Positions 50,829 to 61,012 of a stretch of 64,000 nt of DNA are shown here, piece by piece. Each line of letters starts with the position of its first letter. Position 1 is the stretch's first letter. The notes under the pieces are model-generated. The model ran no database searches. It saw only the letters and a list, made by a program, of their open reading frames with translations, and had not been told where the DNA came from. The position numbers were made by a program, and so were the translations under genes. This DNA comes from Candidatus Latescibacterota bacterium (GTDB lineage: Bacteria; Latescibacterota; UBA2968; SICM01), in assembly GCA_965217865.1 (NCBI GenBank), contig CBDCJO010000001.1:288001-352000 (forward strand). Direction: 5' to 3'.

Positions 50829-51716
50829 TCATTTCTTATTCTTCAAAACTTCCAGAACTCGCTGTCCCTGCAGGGTGGAATCCACGAAGGTCACAAGGCT
50901 CTGCCCCCCCTCGATCTTCTGCAGGTGATATTCCTTACCCTTGTCGAGTTTTCCGTGCCGGTCTGCAATTGCCGCCACCTCACCCATAAGAGCCAGCTTC
51001 ACACCGACCGGGATCCGGAGCACGGCATCTTTACCCTTTTCATCTGAGATATCCGGAAACCCGATGGCCTTGTAGTTCTTCTTGAAAAAGACAGACCTTC
51101 CCGCCTTGAGGTAACCGGCCTCCTTGAGTGACTTTTCCGTCCCTACGAAGACCAGGACGGAAGTGACCGCATCCTTTATCGACGCGGTCTCCTTCATGGA
51201 CTCCTCGAGGTTTTGCTCAAGCCGCACCAGACGTATGGTCTGTTCGAAGATCTCATTGTTCAGGCTATCCACTTCGGCCTTGAGACCCCTGACTTCACGG
51301 GTCGCTCTCTCCTTTTCGACTCTTTCCTCGGCCATCTCCGATTTCACATGCGACAGCTCTTTCACCAGCTTTTTATTGAGGGCCTGTTGTTTCCTGTAAA
51401 GCCCCCGGTACTCCTTCATCTCCTGGGATACCTTCTGGAGGGACGCCAGCAGAGTGCGGTTGACCACCTGTGCGCTGTCCATTTTCGTCCGAATGGTGTT
51501 CAGACGTCCGTTGAGTCCGTCCACGACGGTGTTCAAGGAATCGATATGAGATGTGTAAATCGCCACTTCCCCTTCGAGTTGCACGACGTAAGGATCGACC
51601 TTCGGCGCTCTTGGCTGGATCGCGATATAAAATACGATTGCGATAAAAATTGCTGCTAAGCCCACGATCAAAAGGATGTTCTTTTTTGCTCTGGATTTCT
51701 CCCTTTGATTCTCCAC
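50829..51716 (-). CDS. Membrane-anchored coiled-coil protein
   Basis: N-terminal TM, long coiled coil, VFVGTEKSLKEAG. Confidence 0.75.
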   Translation of the reverse strand: MENQREKSRAKKNILLIVGLAAIFIAIVFYIAIQPRAPKVDPYVVQLEGEVAIYTSHIDSLNTVVDGLNGRLNTIRTKMDSAQVVNRTLLASLQKVSQEMKEYRGLYRKQQALNKKLVKELSHVKSEMAEERVEKERATREVRGLKAEVDSLNNEIFEQTIRLVRLEQNLEESMKETASIKDAVTSVLVFVGTEKSLKEAGYLKAGRSVFFKKNYKAIGFPDISDEKGKDAVLRIPVGVKLALMGEVAAIADRHGKLDKGKEYHLQKIEGGQSLVTFVDSTLQGQRVLEVLKNKK

Positions 51717-51734
51717 AAATGCCTCCAGGGGAAA

Positions 51735-51818
51735 GATTCGTGATTCGTGATTCGTGATTCGTGATTCGTGATTCGTGATTCGTGATTCGTGATTCGTGAT
51801 TCGTGATTCGTGATTCGT
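51735..51818. repeat. (GATTCGT)12 perfect heptamer tandem repeat
   Basis: 84 bp, 12 exact units, just upstream of the RBS of 50829-51716. Confidence 0.97.
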
Positions 51819-51865
51819 AAACCAAAGATAAGTTGAATCCCGATTCAGAACAAGCTTAAAACATC

Positions 51866-52684
51866 CTATTCCTTTGGGGGAGGAGGAATCCTTGGTCTCT
51901 TAAGGACCTTCTTATAAATCGAATCCACGGAAGCCTGGAGAAGGTCTACGGATTCTCGCTGGGAGGCCAGCTGTTTCTGGAGCCGAACCTGCGCAGTGGT
52001 GGTGGTCTCCAGGGACTTTTCGAGGGAAGCCCTGGTCCCTTTGAGATCGATTTTGAGCTGGCCGATTTGAGCCTTCTGGATCCCGATGCGTTCCCTTGCC
52101 CTGGCAAGTTCTCTCCGGGATTCCTGAAATTCACTCCGGGTCACCCGATGATCCTTTTCCTCTCGCCTCAGGTTATCCCACGTGACACTGTGGAGGGTGC
52201 GCTCTGTGTTGAGGCTATCGAGATAAGCTCGGTGGGCTTCAACCTCTTGATTTAATTCCCCGCGGGTCTCCTCCAGCCTTTTTCGAACCCTGGAGAGCAC
52301 CCTCCGGGTTTGTTCGTGCTCCGCGCGCTCCGTCTGCAAATCCCCCCGGACCTCCATCTCCGATTGAGTCAACTCGGCTTTTTCAACGACCTGGCCCATC
52401 AATTTGTCGGTGAGTTGGCCTAAACGATCCCGAAAAGTCTCAAGCTCCTGAGCAAGACGGGCCCTGGTACCCTTCAACGCCGTTTCCTGCTGCGTCAGGG
52501 AGGTATGAATGACGATGTAGACCAAGGCTGCAGTAATAAGGCTGATATAAAGGCCGAGCCATCCAAGGTGTTTTCCTTGAAGGGGCTTGACCCACTTCAT
52601 CATCGCCAGAATGACCCCCCAGAGAAGCGTCAAGGCCCCAGCGACAGCGAGGAGAATGATGTTCAGCGAAGGTTCAAATATCAT
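51866..52684 (-). CDS. Two-TM coiled-coil protein
   Basis: Two hydrophobic helices followed by a heptad-rich region. Confidence 0.7.
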   Translation of the reverse strand: MIFEPSLNIILLAVAGALTLLWGVILAMMKWVKPLQGKHLGWLGLYISLITAALVYIVIHTSLTQQETALKGTRARLAQELETFRDRLGQLTDKLMGQVVEKAELTQSEMEVRGDLQTERAEHEQTRRVLSRVRKRLEETRGELNQEVEAHRAYLDSLNTERTLHSVTWDNLRREEKDHRVTRSEFQESRRELARARERIGIQKAQIGQLKIDLKGTRASLEKSLETTTTAQVRLQKQLASQRESVDLLQASVDSIYKKVLKRPRIPPPPKE

Positions 52685-54313
52685 CGCGGCAACTGTGCCC
52701 TCAGCCAGTAGGGTAAGGTTTCATCCTCATACGTGATCTCAAGCTCGACCTTGCGCACTTCACACGGCTCGGGCTTCAAATAGGCCGGCGGCTGAATTTC
52801 AGATTGTAAGATGCGGAAGGCCAGCGTGTTGCGCCCCTTCTTCAGCAACCCGGGATCAATAACAGCTTGCCGGTGGCAATGGAGATTGTCAGACGGGTGA
52901 TCCAGGACGACCAGAGGAAGCGTGAGCCCTGCTTCCCATTCCACGGCGACCTCGTGCCCGTTGACCGTCAGGAAGAGGTCTCTGCGTGTCCAATCGGTCT
53001 CAGTGACGTTCAGCAGCAGTCGTACGCCTACCGGCATACCCTGCGCCAGCACGGCGGGAATATCATCAACGATGTCTATGTCCATGGTCACTTCTTCCGT
53101 CGGGCCCTGCTCGGGAGTCCCTAGTTCCAGAGGCAATGCCAATTGGAAGACGTAGGTCTTGTTGGCATATCGTATCCGTTCCGGATCGCCCAGTTCCCGG
53201 AAGACCTCCCAGTGTGGTTCGTAGTTCCGAAACAAGTAGTCGTAGAACAAGATGCCGTCGGCGCCTTGCTCGTAGAGTCTGTGCGCTATAGCGCGATGTT
53301 CCCAATGATTTGTACTGTTGGCGTGGAAGCCATCTATCCAACCGGTCTTGGCAGTGTGGCGCCGTGAGGGCTTCCCGGGCCCGACGACCAGACGACAATT
53401 CGTCCCTTCGACCACTCGGCGCCAGGCGGAAATATCCGACTCAAAAAGAGCAGCGGTGCGGCACTGTCCCATCAGGATGTCCAGCAGGCCCTCTGCAACC
53501 CAGCTAGCCACGTCGAACCCACCTTCGTAGTAACCGGTGATATTGTCCTTTCCCCCATCATAGTAGTTTTTCAAACCCTCTATGCGCACAGCATCGTGCG
53601 GACAGATTGTGTCGTGATGATAAAACTGCGCGGAAAGGCCCAGGCGCTTGCCTTTGGCCTTCCCGACGCGGTCGAGCAGGGCGCGTACATTACGTACGTG
53701 CTGGTTCATCACTTCCCGTCCTGCAGCCTCTTCGCCCGGGTTGAAATAAGGCGCGCTTCGGGTGAAGTCCAGATCCAGCCCGTCCACGTCGTAGTTCTCA
53801 ACCACTTCCTGTATTAAGGCCAGATTAATCTCGGCGATCTCTGGCTTATTCCAGTCATACTGTGCAGAAACTTGGCGGCGATCATCCCACTTTTTGAGCT
53901 GAAGTTCTGGGTGCTCCTTGTAGAAGGCGGTCTGGTAGACATCGGTGTTGAGCACCTTGTAGGTGTGGTGGGCGTCGTTCATGCGGCTGCTGCCCCAAGC
54001 CTGTATGCCACATTTGTGGCATTCGTCCACGAAAACGGACATTATGTCCACTCCGGCGTCTAGCTGCCGCTGTTGGGGATGCGCCACATCCAACACCTTG
54101 GATGCCTGGGCAGCTCGTATCGTCCCCCCTATACGCCGTTGGTAGATGCCGACATGCGAGCCTTCAAGAGCCCGCACGAGCGAGCGAACCTGTCGTGCAG
54201 CCACTTCGGGGGGCGCGTCCGCCGGCTGGCCCCCGTCCCAGGTTAGGATCAGGCGCTGACGCTCGCGTATAGGGAATGACTACGGACTGGCTTTTTTCTG
54301 CTTGCGTTGACAT
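52681..54313 (-). CDS. GHL10-like glycoside hydrolase TIM barrel (apparent frameshift near 54280)
   Basis: SRMNDAHH, YDVDGLDLDFTR, GADGILFYD; AGGAGGAG RBS before ATG 54313 lies in another frame. Confidence 0.6.
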
Positions 54314-54745
54314 CTATATCTCCTCCTTTTGCCACCTTCTTTAAGGCCTTCTTTCAGCGCCAACGGCGCGGTGTCCCTCAACCCAGGCGAGCTGCCCTGG
54401 GTTGTGCGAAACAATAGCATCGTGCGGCATGAAAGGCCGCGATGTGGGATTGATCCGGATCGCGGACCGTTGGCCCGCTCGATTCGTCCACATTCAAACC
54501 CAGCCCGTTGGGCTGGGCAAAGGAATCACGGGCCGTTGGCCCGATGATACGTCACCTCACAGAACCTCGCTTACAAAATATACCCGGATTTTTATGAAAA
54601 TGAGATCCTGAGCGAAGCTAAGGATCTCAAAATCGCTTTTCCTGCCACCTGCCACCTGCCACTATTCATTGAATATCGGGAAATTGAATATTGAACAACT
54701 CATGGATTTCTTGTGGTCCTAATGGATCTCTTCAATATTCAATCT

Positions 54746-56146
54746 TCAATTTTCAATCTTCAATTCCATGACCAGCCGCTGATAAAGTTGCTCCGAGCTA
54801 TCTCGTGTCGCAGATTGAAGCTGAAGGTCGAGCTCCCGACATCGAATCACCTGCCTGCACGCCTCCTCTAATCGGCCTTCATCGGCGAGAAGCTCAGCAA
54901 GGCGATATCGTGCCTCCGACTCCGCACGAAGGTCACCAACAGGTCCGCTGTAGCGGATACAGTCGAAATAGTAATCCTGTGCAAAGGCCTGGCTGAGGGG
55001 TGTATTCTGGGACAAACGTCCACGTTCGTATGCACAAACGGCCATCCCGCGAAGGTTTCCGTTTCGTGCCATCCACGATTGAGCGGACCGAAGCCAATGG
55101 CGTGCCGTTTCGTCATTTCCCCGCTGGCGCTCAAGCCTTCCCAGCCTCAGGTGGATATACGCGACACCGGTCGAATCCTCCAACGCCTGGTATCGATCCT
55201 CCGATTTCTGGTAATACGCCAGCACCCGGTCCATGACCTGTTTGATATTTCCGTTCTGTGCGTAGGAATCACCGAGGGCCATAAAGGCCAGGGCCTGTCC
55301 TGATGTGTCCCGGGCAGCCGTGTAAATCTCTATGGCGTCCAGGATCTCCTTCCGGGCGGTTGAATGATTTCGCCGGGCGATATGCAAAGCTCCGCGATCC
55401 AGCTTCAGATCGGCGATGTACACGATATCCGTTTGTAATTCGCTCAGGGACGCCTGGCTCAGGTCCAGAAGATCCTTCGCAATTTCATATTTGCCCCGGT
55501 CGATCTGAATGCGGGCGATCTGGCGTTTGACGTAGGCCGAGTGAAGGTTTTTTATGCCGATCCTTCCGTATGCGGAATCGATCGAAGTATAATAGTGGTA
55601 TGCGAACGGGGCCGGAAGAGGGGCATCACGCCGATATCGACCCTCAGCGAAAAGTCGATCCGCAAGTTCGCTCCATCTGGTAATCCGCTCGAAGACTGCG
55701 GCCTGAACCCCTGCGGGATCGGGGAGGTGCCATAAACGGATAAAATCGTGAGGAAGGGAACTAATGTTCGCCCTTAAACCGCCATTCTCTAAACGGCCAC
55801 CGGGTGATTCAGGCAATTCGAACCCCGATCTGCTTACTCCCTCATCGGACCGGGTGTCGAAAACAGCGATCTGCTCTTGCAAGGAAGTCATAGGGTCGAG
55901 ACTTGAACCAGTTTCTAGGTATGGATTTTCCGGGGAGAGATTTGAAAACAACCCCCACGCCGCGGCACTGAAAACCAGGAAAGTGACGGTGAACATACAC
56001 GACTTGATATAAGGATGCCAGGTCCCTTGAGACCGATTCCTGATCCCCTGTTCCTGGGTGTGTGCACAGCAATACCGCCCCCCATCGGAAGCGTTTAAGG
56101 GGCAGCGGATAGAATCAGGTCCAACACGTTGACATTTATGAAACAT
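54746..56146 (-). CDS. Tetratricopeptide repeat protein
   Basis: Repeated A.A...LG..Y...G....A..YY helical units; N-terminal TM. Confidence 0.75.
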   Translation of the reverse strand: MFHKCQRVGPDSIRCPLNASDGGRYCCAHTQEQGIRNRSQGTWHPYIKSCMFTVTFLVFSAAAWGLFSNLSPENPYLETGSSLDPMTSLQEQIAVFDTRSDEGVSRSGFELPESPGGRLENGGLRANISSLPHDFIRLWHLPDPAGVQAAVFERITRWSELADRLFAEGRYRRDAPLPAPFAYHYYTSIDSAYGRIGIKNLHSAYVKRQIARIQIDRGKYEIAKDLLDLSQASLSELQTDIVYIADLKLDRGALHIARRNHSTARKEILDAIEIYTAARDTSGQALAFMALGDSYAQNGNIKQVMDRVLAYYQKSEDRYQALEDSTGVAYIHLRLGRLERQRGNDETARHWLRSAQSWMARNGNLRGMAVCAYERGRLSQNTPLSQAFAQDYYFDCIRYSGPVGDLRAESEARYRLAELLADEGRLEEACRQVIRCRELDLQLQSATRDSSEQLYQRLVMELKIEN

Positions 56147-56370
56147 AATTCAATTTCCTCTTCTCCGGCGTAGCGCTTAACAGCAGTTCCCCGGCAGGAA
56201 TCATCTAATTTACATCAAAAACCACAGTCGTCAAGCTCAATTCGTGGACGGGTTATTATAAATCGGAGCAATTTCCAGGCCCCTTGGAAGGCAAGGGGTC
56301 AGAGGACGGAGGTCGGGGAAGAGCAAGAGCAGTAGCAGGAAAGGCAAAGTCAGAATTCGGAGGTCAGAGG

Positions 56371-56620
56371 TCGGGGAAAAGAAAACCGGACGTTTTGAAT
56401 TGTGAACACGTGTTCACAATTGGGTTGGTTCGGAAAACCAGTGACGGACATACAAAATTCGGTCAAGTGTCATACCTAACCCCTAAACCCCCTTCCCGAA
56501 ACGGGAAGGGGGTTTAGGGGTTAGGTTAAGGCATATAATCTCCCCTCCCCGCTTCGGGGAGGGGTCGGGGGAGGGGTGTCAAGAAAGGAATTCCACATCT
56601 CAGTTCAAACTCCATATTCA
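56371..56620. repeat. ~250-bp direct repeat (other copy 57178-57428) containing CCCCT..AGGGG REP hairpins
   Basis: Shared TCGGGGAAAAGAAAA..TTTTGAATTGTGAAC..TGACGGACATACAAAATTCGGTCAAGTGTCA..AGTTCAAACTCCATATTCA. Confidence 0.85.
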
Positions 56621-57366
56621 AATTCTGCACGCGCGCGCAGAATTAACCTTGGCCCCTACCGAGCGCGTGGAATATTGGGTGATAATATTTAAACTCTTGA
56701 CAAGTATGGGTTTACGTTTGACCTCTGGCGTTTGACGTTTCACTGGTTGGATGAACAGGGGCTGTATGGGATCAGAGGTCGGAGGACATTCAAATCGGGT
56801 GGCAAGACGAATTTTCCACGCGCGTGGAAAATTGAGTCATCATACTTACGTCATAAATAATTGCGCATATTGTCAAGATTCATTATATTGCCGATAAGGA
56901 CTGGCGCAACCGAACCAAGTCCCGCTTTGCGCGGGAGTTCCTTCCGCCCATACCTAATCGACGCGTTTTGGAAGCTCACGAGCCGGAAAACCACACATAA
57001 CCGCCACTTTCTGACGCTCAATGAGGTCTATAGAGGCAGCGGAAGAGGTATTCGCTCACTCTAGCCAGCAAAATGGAATCGCAATTCTCCGGAATTGTTT
57101 CGCATTTACTTAAGACGTAATTTATAGCTGTTGTACAATGAAATGCAAGGACCGGGGGCAAGGAAGGCGTCGGTGGTCGGGGAAAAGAAAAACCGTACGT
57201 TTTGAATTGTGAACGCGTGTTCACAATTGGGTTAGTTCGGAAAAGCATTGACGGACATACAAAATTCGGTCAAGTGTCAAACCTAGCCCCTAGCCCCTTC
57301 CCTAAAGGGAAGGGGAATAAGGGCATTATTTTAAATAACTTAAAACGGGATTGTCTCCCCTCTCCT

Positions 57367-58464
57367 TTAGGGGAGGGGCTGGGGGAGGGGTGAATTCCTC
57401 CGCCTTAGTTCAAACTCCATATTCACATTGTGCCTGTGCCCTATTGAATTGATATCCTGATCCAGGTCAACGGAATAATCGACAGTAAAGAAGAGATTTC
57501 CCTGGAACCGCGCTGAATAGCCCAGACCTAAAGACCCGCTGGACTGTCGAAAACCTCGAAAGACCACTGCAGCATTCACATCCTCGCGTGAATGTGAAGG
57601 CGAAAATCCCCCCCCGCCACGAATCGCTATCCATTTTTCGTGACCCACTGAACGAAAATACTCACCCCCAAAAAGGGCAGACCAGATCCGTCCCCCCGTC
57701 TGAACCAGATCGGCTGTGAAAAGGAAATTCTTTTGGCGCCCCTCCCATTTATAGGCGCCTCCCAGAACGACCTCCCGCTCTACACGGTTCACGTTATCAT
57801 CCGGTCTTTTAATCCGGCTGTAGGCGTTGCGGAGCGCAAAACCGTAGCGGAACCGGTCCGTGACTTCGTGGATCAACCCGAACCCCGTGCTAAAACCGGT
57901 CGGATGAGGTGGGATTAAAAGATTCTGCCTGAGGAATGAAAGATTTACCCCGGCGGAGAGACGTCCCACGATCGGATGGTAGAAGACCTCTGGGTAGGCC
58001 AAGGAGACCATCATGGTTTGGTCCGAAGCATCGAATCTGCCCGTCTGCCGTCCCGTCGGATCTCTAATTTCGATCCCTGGCAGTACATAACGCGAATAGT
58101 AAAGACCTACCCCGATCCAGGCCGTTCGGGGGCCTGGGGGAAGGACAAGCCCTCCGAAAAAGTGTCTTCCGGTGACGCGGTTAAAGACCGGGTCTGCGCC
58201 GAGCTGGAAATTGAGATTGTCGTTCGCGTTCTGGGTGTAGAGATAGGAAAAACCGCCTGTTAAATGTTTGACCATTGCCGTCCCGGCGGGATTCCATCGC
58301 TGACCATAAACGCCTTCCGCCACGGCCGTATAGGCCCCGCCCAGCCCCGCGCCCTGACCTCCTGGCACGGAGTGAAGGGAGACCGGCATCGACACCCCCG
58401 CCTCCGCACGTTCGCAGAAGAGGACAATTCCAATGGCCGTTATAAGAAGGATTCGAAATATCAT
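57367..58464 (-). CDS. PorV/PorQ-like outer-membrane beta-barrel protein
   Basis: Signal peptide; GGQGAGLGGAYTAVA...WNPAG; RDPTGRQTGRF. Confidence 0.75.
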   Translation of the reverse strand: MIFRILLITAIGIVLFCERAEAGVSMPVSLHSVPGGQGAGLGGAYTAVAEGVYGQRWNPAGTAMVKHLTGGFSYLYTQNANDNLNFQLGADPVFNRVTGRHFFGGLVLPPGPRTAWIGVGLYYSRYVLPGIEIRDPTGRQTGRFDASDQTMMVSLAYPEVFYHPIVGRLSAGVNLSFLRQNLLIPPHPTGFSTGFGLIHEVTDRFRYGFALRNAYSRIKRPDDNVNRVEREVVLGGAYKWEGRQKNFLFTADLVQTGGRIWSALFGGEYFRSVGHEKWIAIRGGGGFSPSHSREDVNAAVVFRGFRQSSGSLGLGYSARFQGNLFFTVDYSVDLDQDINSIGHRHNVNMEFELRRRNSPLPQPLP

Positions 58465-58557
58465 AAATCAACTTTTACGATGTAAGCAAGTGATGGACTT
58501 GAGAATGACGGATTGAACCCGCGGTTACAGAATACGACTAGTTGAAATATCCTTAGC

Positions 58558-58830
58558 CATCCTTCGACTACGCAGCGCTAATGCGCTGCTCCGCTCTGGA
58601 TGTTTTCCTCGTCTTCGAGGGATGATGGAGTCAAAGGTTGGGTTATGCTTCTTCCACCAACATTTCGACATACAAACCCCGGAGAGTTCAAAACATCCTG
58701 AGCCCTTCGACAAGCTCAGGATAAACTCTGTCGAAGGATGACGATCAAGCAAACGGTTACATACAATGACTGAACAAAACATCCAGAGCGGAGTCCCCCC
58801 CTGCTCTTGGGGGGACGCAGTCGAAGGATG
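58558..58830. repeat. MITE/REP-like element with terminal inverted repeats
   Basis: CATCCTTCGACT..CTCCGCTCTGGATGTTTT / AAAACATCCAGAGCGGAG..AGTCGAAGGATG; internal CCTGAGCCCTTCGACAAGCTCAGG. Confidence 0.75.
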
Positions 58831-58924
58831 CCAAAGCTTGCTTTTCCTGCTACTGCCACCTGCCACTGCTACTGCTTTTCCCTGATCCCTGACAACCGAC
58901 CCCTGGCCTCTGATTTTCCATTTC

Positions 58925-60853
58925 CTACTTCAACCGCAGTCCAATCGCCATCGGATAATAGACACTTTCCCGCTCCCCATCCCGGTATTCCACGATAAAT
59001 TCCGCGATATAGACCCCGTCCGCCATCTGCCGGCCGAAGACATCCCGCCCGTCCCAGGTCGGGGCCGCGTCGAACCCCAAGCCTGTGGGACCCAGTCGAA
59101 GTTCCCGCTCGATCAGGGGCGTGTGGGGAGGATGTGCGGTTCGGATCTTCAGCCAACCCCTGATCGCCTGGACCACGAATTCCGCGTGAAACGTCGCCCT
59201 CTCCCCCGCGCGGGGGTTAAAGGGATTTGGATAACCGTAAAATTCCCTCACCCGGCGCTCCCCCGCGAAGAACCGTCCGGGGTTGGGCGAAGCCCAGATC
59301 GTGTCCGGTCCAGACAGGGTGGCAATCCTCCAGGAGTAAAAGACCTCTCCGGGCAGAGGATCCGGGATTTGGGAGCCTCCCACCACAAGACTCTCAGCCT
59401 GAACGAAGATGGGCTGAATCGATCCCTCGGGTGCCGGTTCCAGGAAGAGCAGGTATGCAACCGCCTTCACACCAAACGAGAAGAAGTAGGGATTCCACCG
59501 GAAGATCGGGGACTGTGTGTCCGCCGGCCGACCCTCGGGCGGAGCGAGGAGCGAGAAAAGGTTGACCCGGAATCGCCTGGCCCTCGATCCGCCGAAGTCC
59601 GAGGAGAGCCGGTCCAGGTTGTTCGCCTGGGCCCGCACTCGCCAATAGTAGACCTGCTCGCCCGAGAGCCTCTCCGACAGAGTGAAAACCGTATCCGCTC
59701 CGACATTTTGACCCACGCGCAGGGAATCCAGATCGGGCAGTACGCTGATCTCCAGGACATAGGACACAGTGGAGCTGTCTGCCGTTCGGGTCCCCTCCCA
59801 CCGGAACGTCGGACGCAGGCCACGCCACACCACATCCGGGGCGGGTTGGAGGATGTTGAAAGGCTCGGGCCGGTGCTCCACACGGAAGGAGCGTTCCTCG
59901 GTCATGCTCCGCAGGAGATCCGGCAGGATCCGCGATGTGATTGACCAGAAATAAGTCTCTCGATATTCCAGGGAGATGCCGAGACCTTCAAGGTCCGTCC
60001 GGTTCAGAGACGTATCCGTTACCGTCCCCTCAAAAATATCCGAGGCACCCGAGCGCGAACCGACTCGCAGGATATAATCGATCGATTTATCGGGATCCGA
60101 AGACGAAGTGCTGGTCCAGAGGAACCGGAAGTCCGGATCCTCGAGATCGAGCGTTTGCCGGTCCGAGGGATTGATGGCCGCGGATGGGCGTACCACGAAT
60201 ATCTCCGCAAGGTCCGAATCGATGCGTCCGGTCTCTATGTCCCGCGCGCTGAATAGAAGAAACAGAGAGGCCTTGGGGAACTCGGGGCCCGAAGTCAGGA
60301 TCAGGCTTGTATCGGAAAATTCGACCTTGAGGATCTCCTCGGAGATGGATTCGGCCTCCCACTCGAAACGGTTCAGAGAAACCGTATCAGGTACTGCGAT
60401 GTGCCCGCGCAAATTGATCTTGAGCTCCTGTTCCGGGAAAAGGACAATCCGCCCCATAAAGATGTCGTGCACCGGTTGAACGACCACCACCAGAGTTTTC
60501 TCCGTGCTCGCGCCCTCTGCGTCGGTGGCCGTGACCGTGATTCCTGCTGTCCCGTTCCAATCCGGATCCGCCCAGAGGAGGAGATTCCGGTTGGGATCGA
60601 TTTCGAAGTGCAACGGAGAATCCGCTGGAATATCGATCCGCCATTCGATTGCCGAACCCGGCGTCTCGTCGTCTTCCGCAAGAAGATTCAGGGATTGACG
60701 CAGCGTATCCTCTTCGGCGAAACTCAGGGAATCGACCAGGACCTTGGGCGACGTATTTTCAGACCGCTGTCCCCATACGGAACCCGCCGTGAAGAAGATC
60801 AAAAGAAATCCCCATAACAGATTCAGACGGTTCAATTTTTTGTTTGGAGTCAT
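58925..60853 (-). CDS. Secreted Ig/cadherin-like + fn3-like protein with FlgD-Ig C-terminal sorting domain
   Basis: DWNGTAGITVTATD; YYWRVRA; YPNPFNP...WDGRD..GRQMADGVY. Confidence 0.8.
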   Translation of the reverse strand: MTPNKKLNRLNLLWGFLLIFFTAGSVWGQRSENTSPKVLVDSLSFAEEDTLRQSLNLLAEDDETPGSAIEWRIDIPADSPLHFEIDPNRNLLLWADPDWNGTAGITVTATDAEGASTEKTLVVVVQPVHDIFMGRIVLFPEQELKINLRGHIAVPDTVSLNRFEWEAESISEEILKVEFSDTSLILTSGPEFPKASLFLLFSARDIETGRIDSDLAEIFVVRPSAAINPSDRQTLDLEDPDFRFLWTSTSSSDPDKSIDYILRVGSRSGASDIFEGTVTDTSLNRTDLEGLGISLEYRETYFWSITSRILPDLLRSMTEERSFRVEHRPEPFNILQPAPDVVWRGLRPTFRWEGTRTADSSTVSYVLEISVLPDLDSLRVGQNVGADTVFTLSERLSGEQVYYWRVRAQANNLDRLSSDFGGSRARRFRVNLFSLLAPPEGRPADTQSPIFRWNPYFFSFGVKAVAYLLFLEPAPEGSIQPIFVQAESLVVGGSQIPDPLPGEVFYSWRIATLSGPDTIWASPNPGRFFAGERRVREFYGYPNPFNPRAGERATFHAEFVVQAIRGWLKIRTAHPPHTPLIERELRLGPTGLGFDAAPTWDGRDVFGRQMADGVYIAEFIVEYRDGERESVYYPMAIGLRLK

Positions 60854-61012
60854 GATCCCTAAATTCATTGAATATTGAATATCGGAGAATTGAATATTTG
60901 AAAAACTCAAGGCTTTCTTGTGCCCTTATAGATCTCGCTTCAATATTCAATCCTCCTCTGACACCTGCTACTGGCTCAGTTCAATTTTCAATCTTCAATC
61001 TTCAATCCTCAA

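Noticed and set aside
51373-51825. ESRITNH repeat protein
   Set aside because: Translation artefact of the heptamer tandem repeat
56398-56421. Rex, CRP or LacI operator
   Set aside because: Spacing does not fit (TGTGA-N8-TCACA), and sister palindromes change the arm sequence
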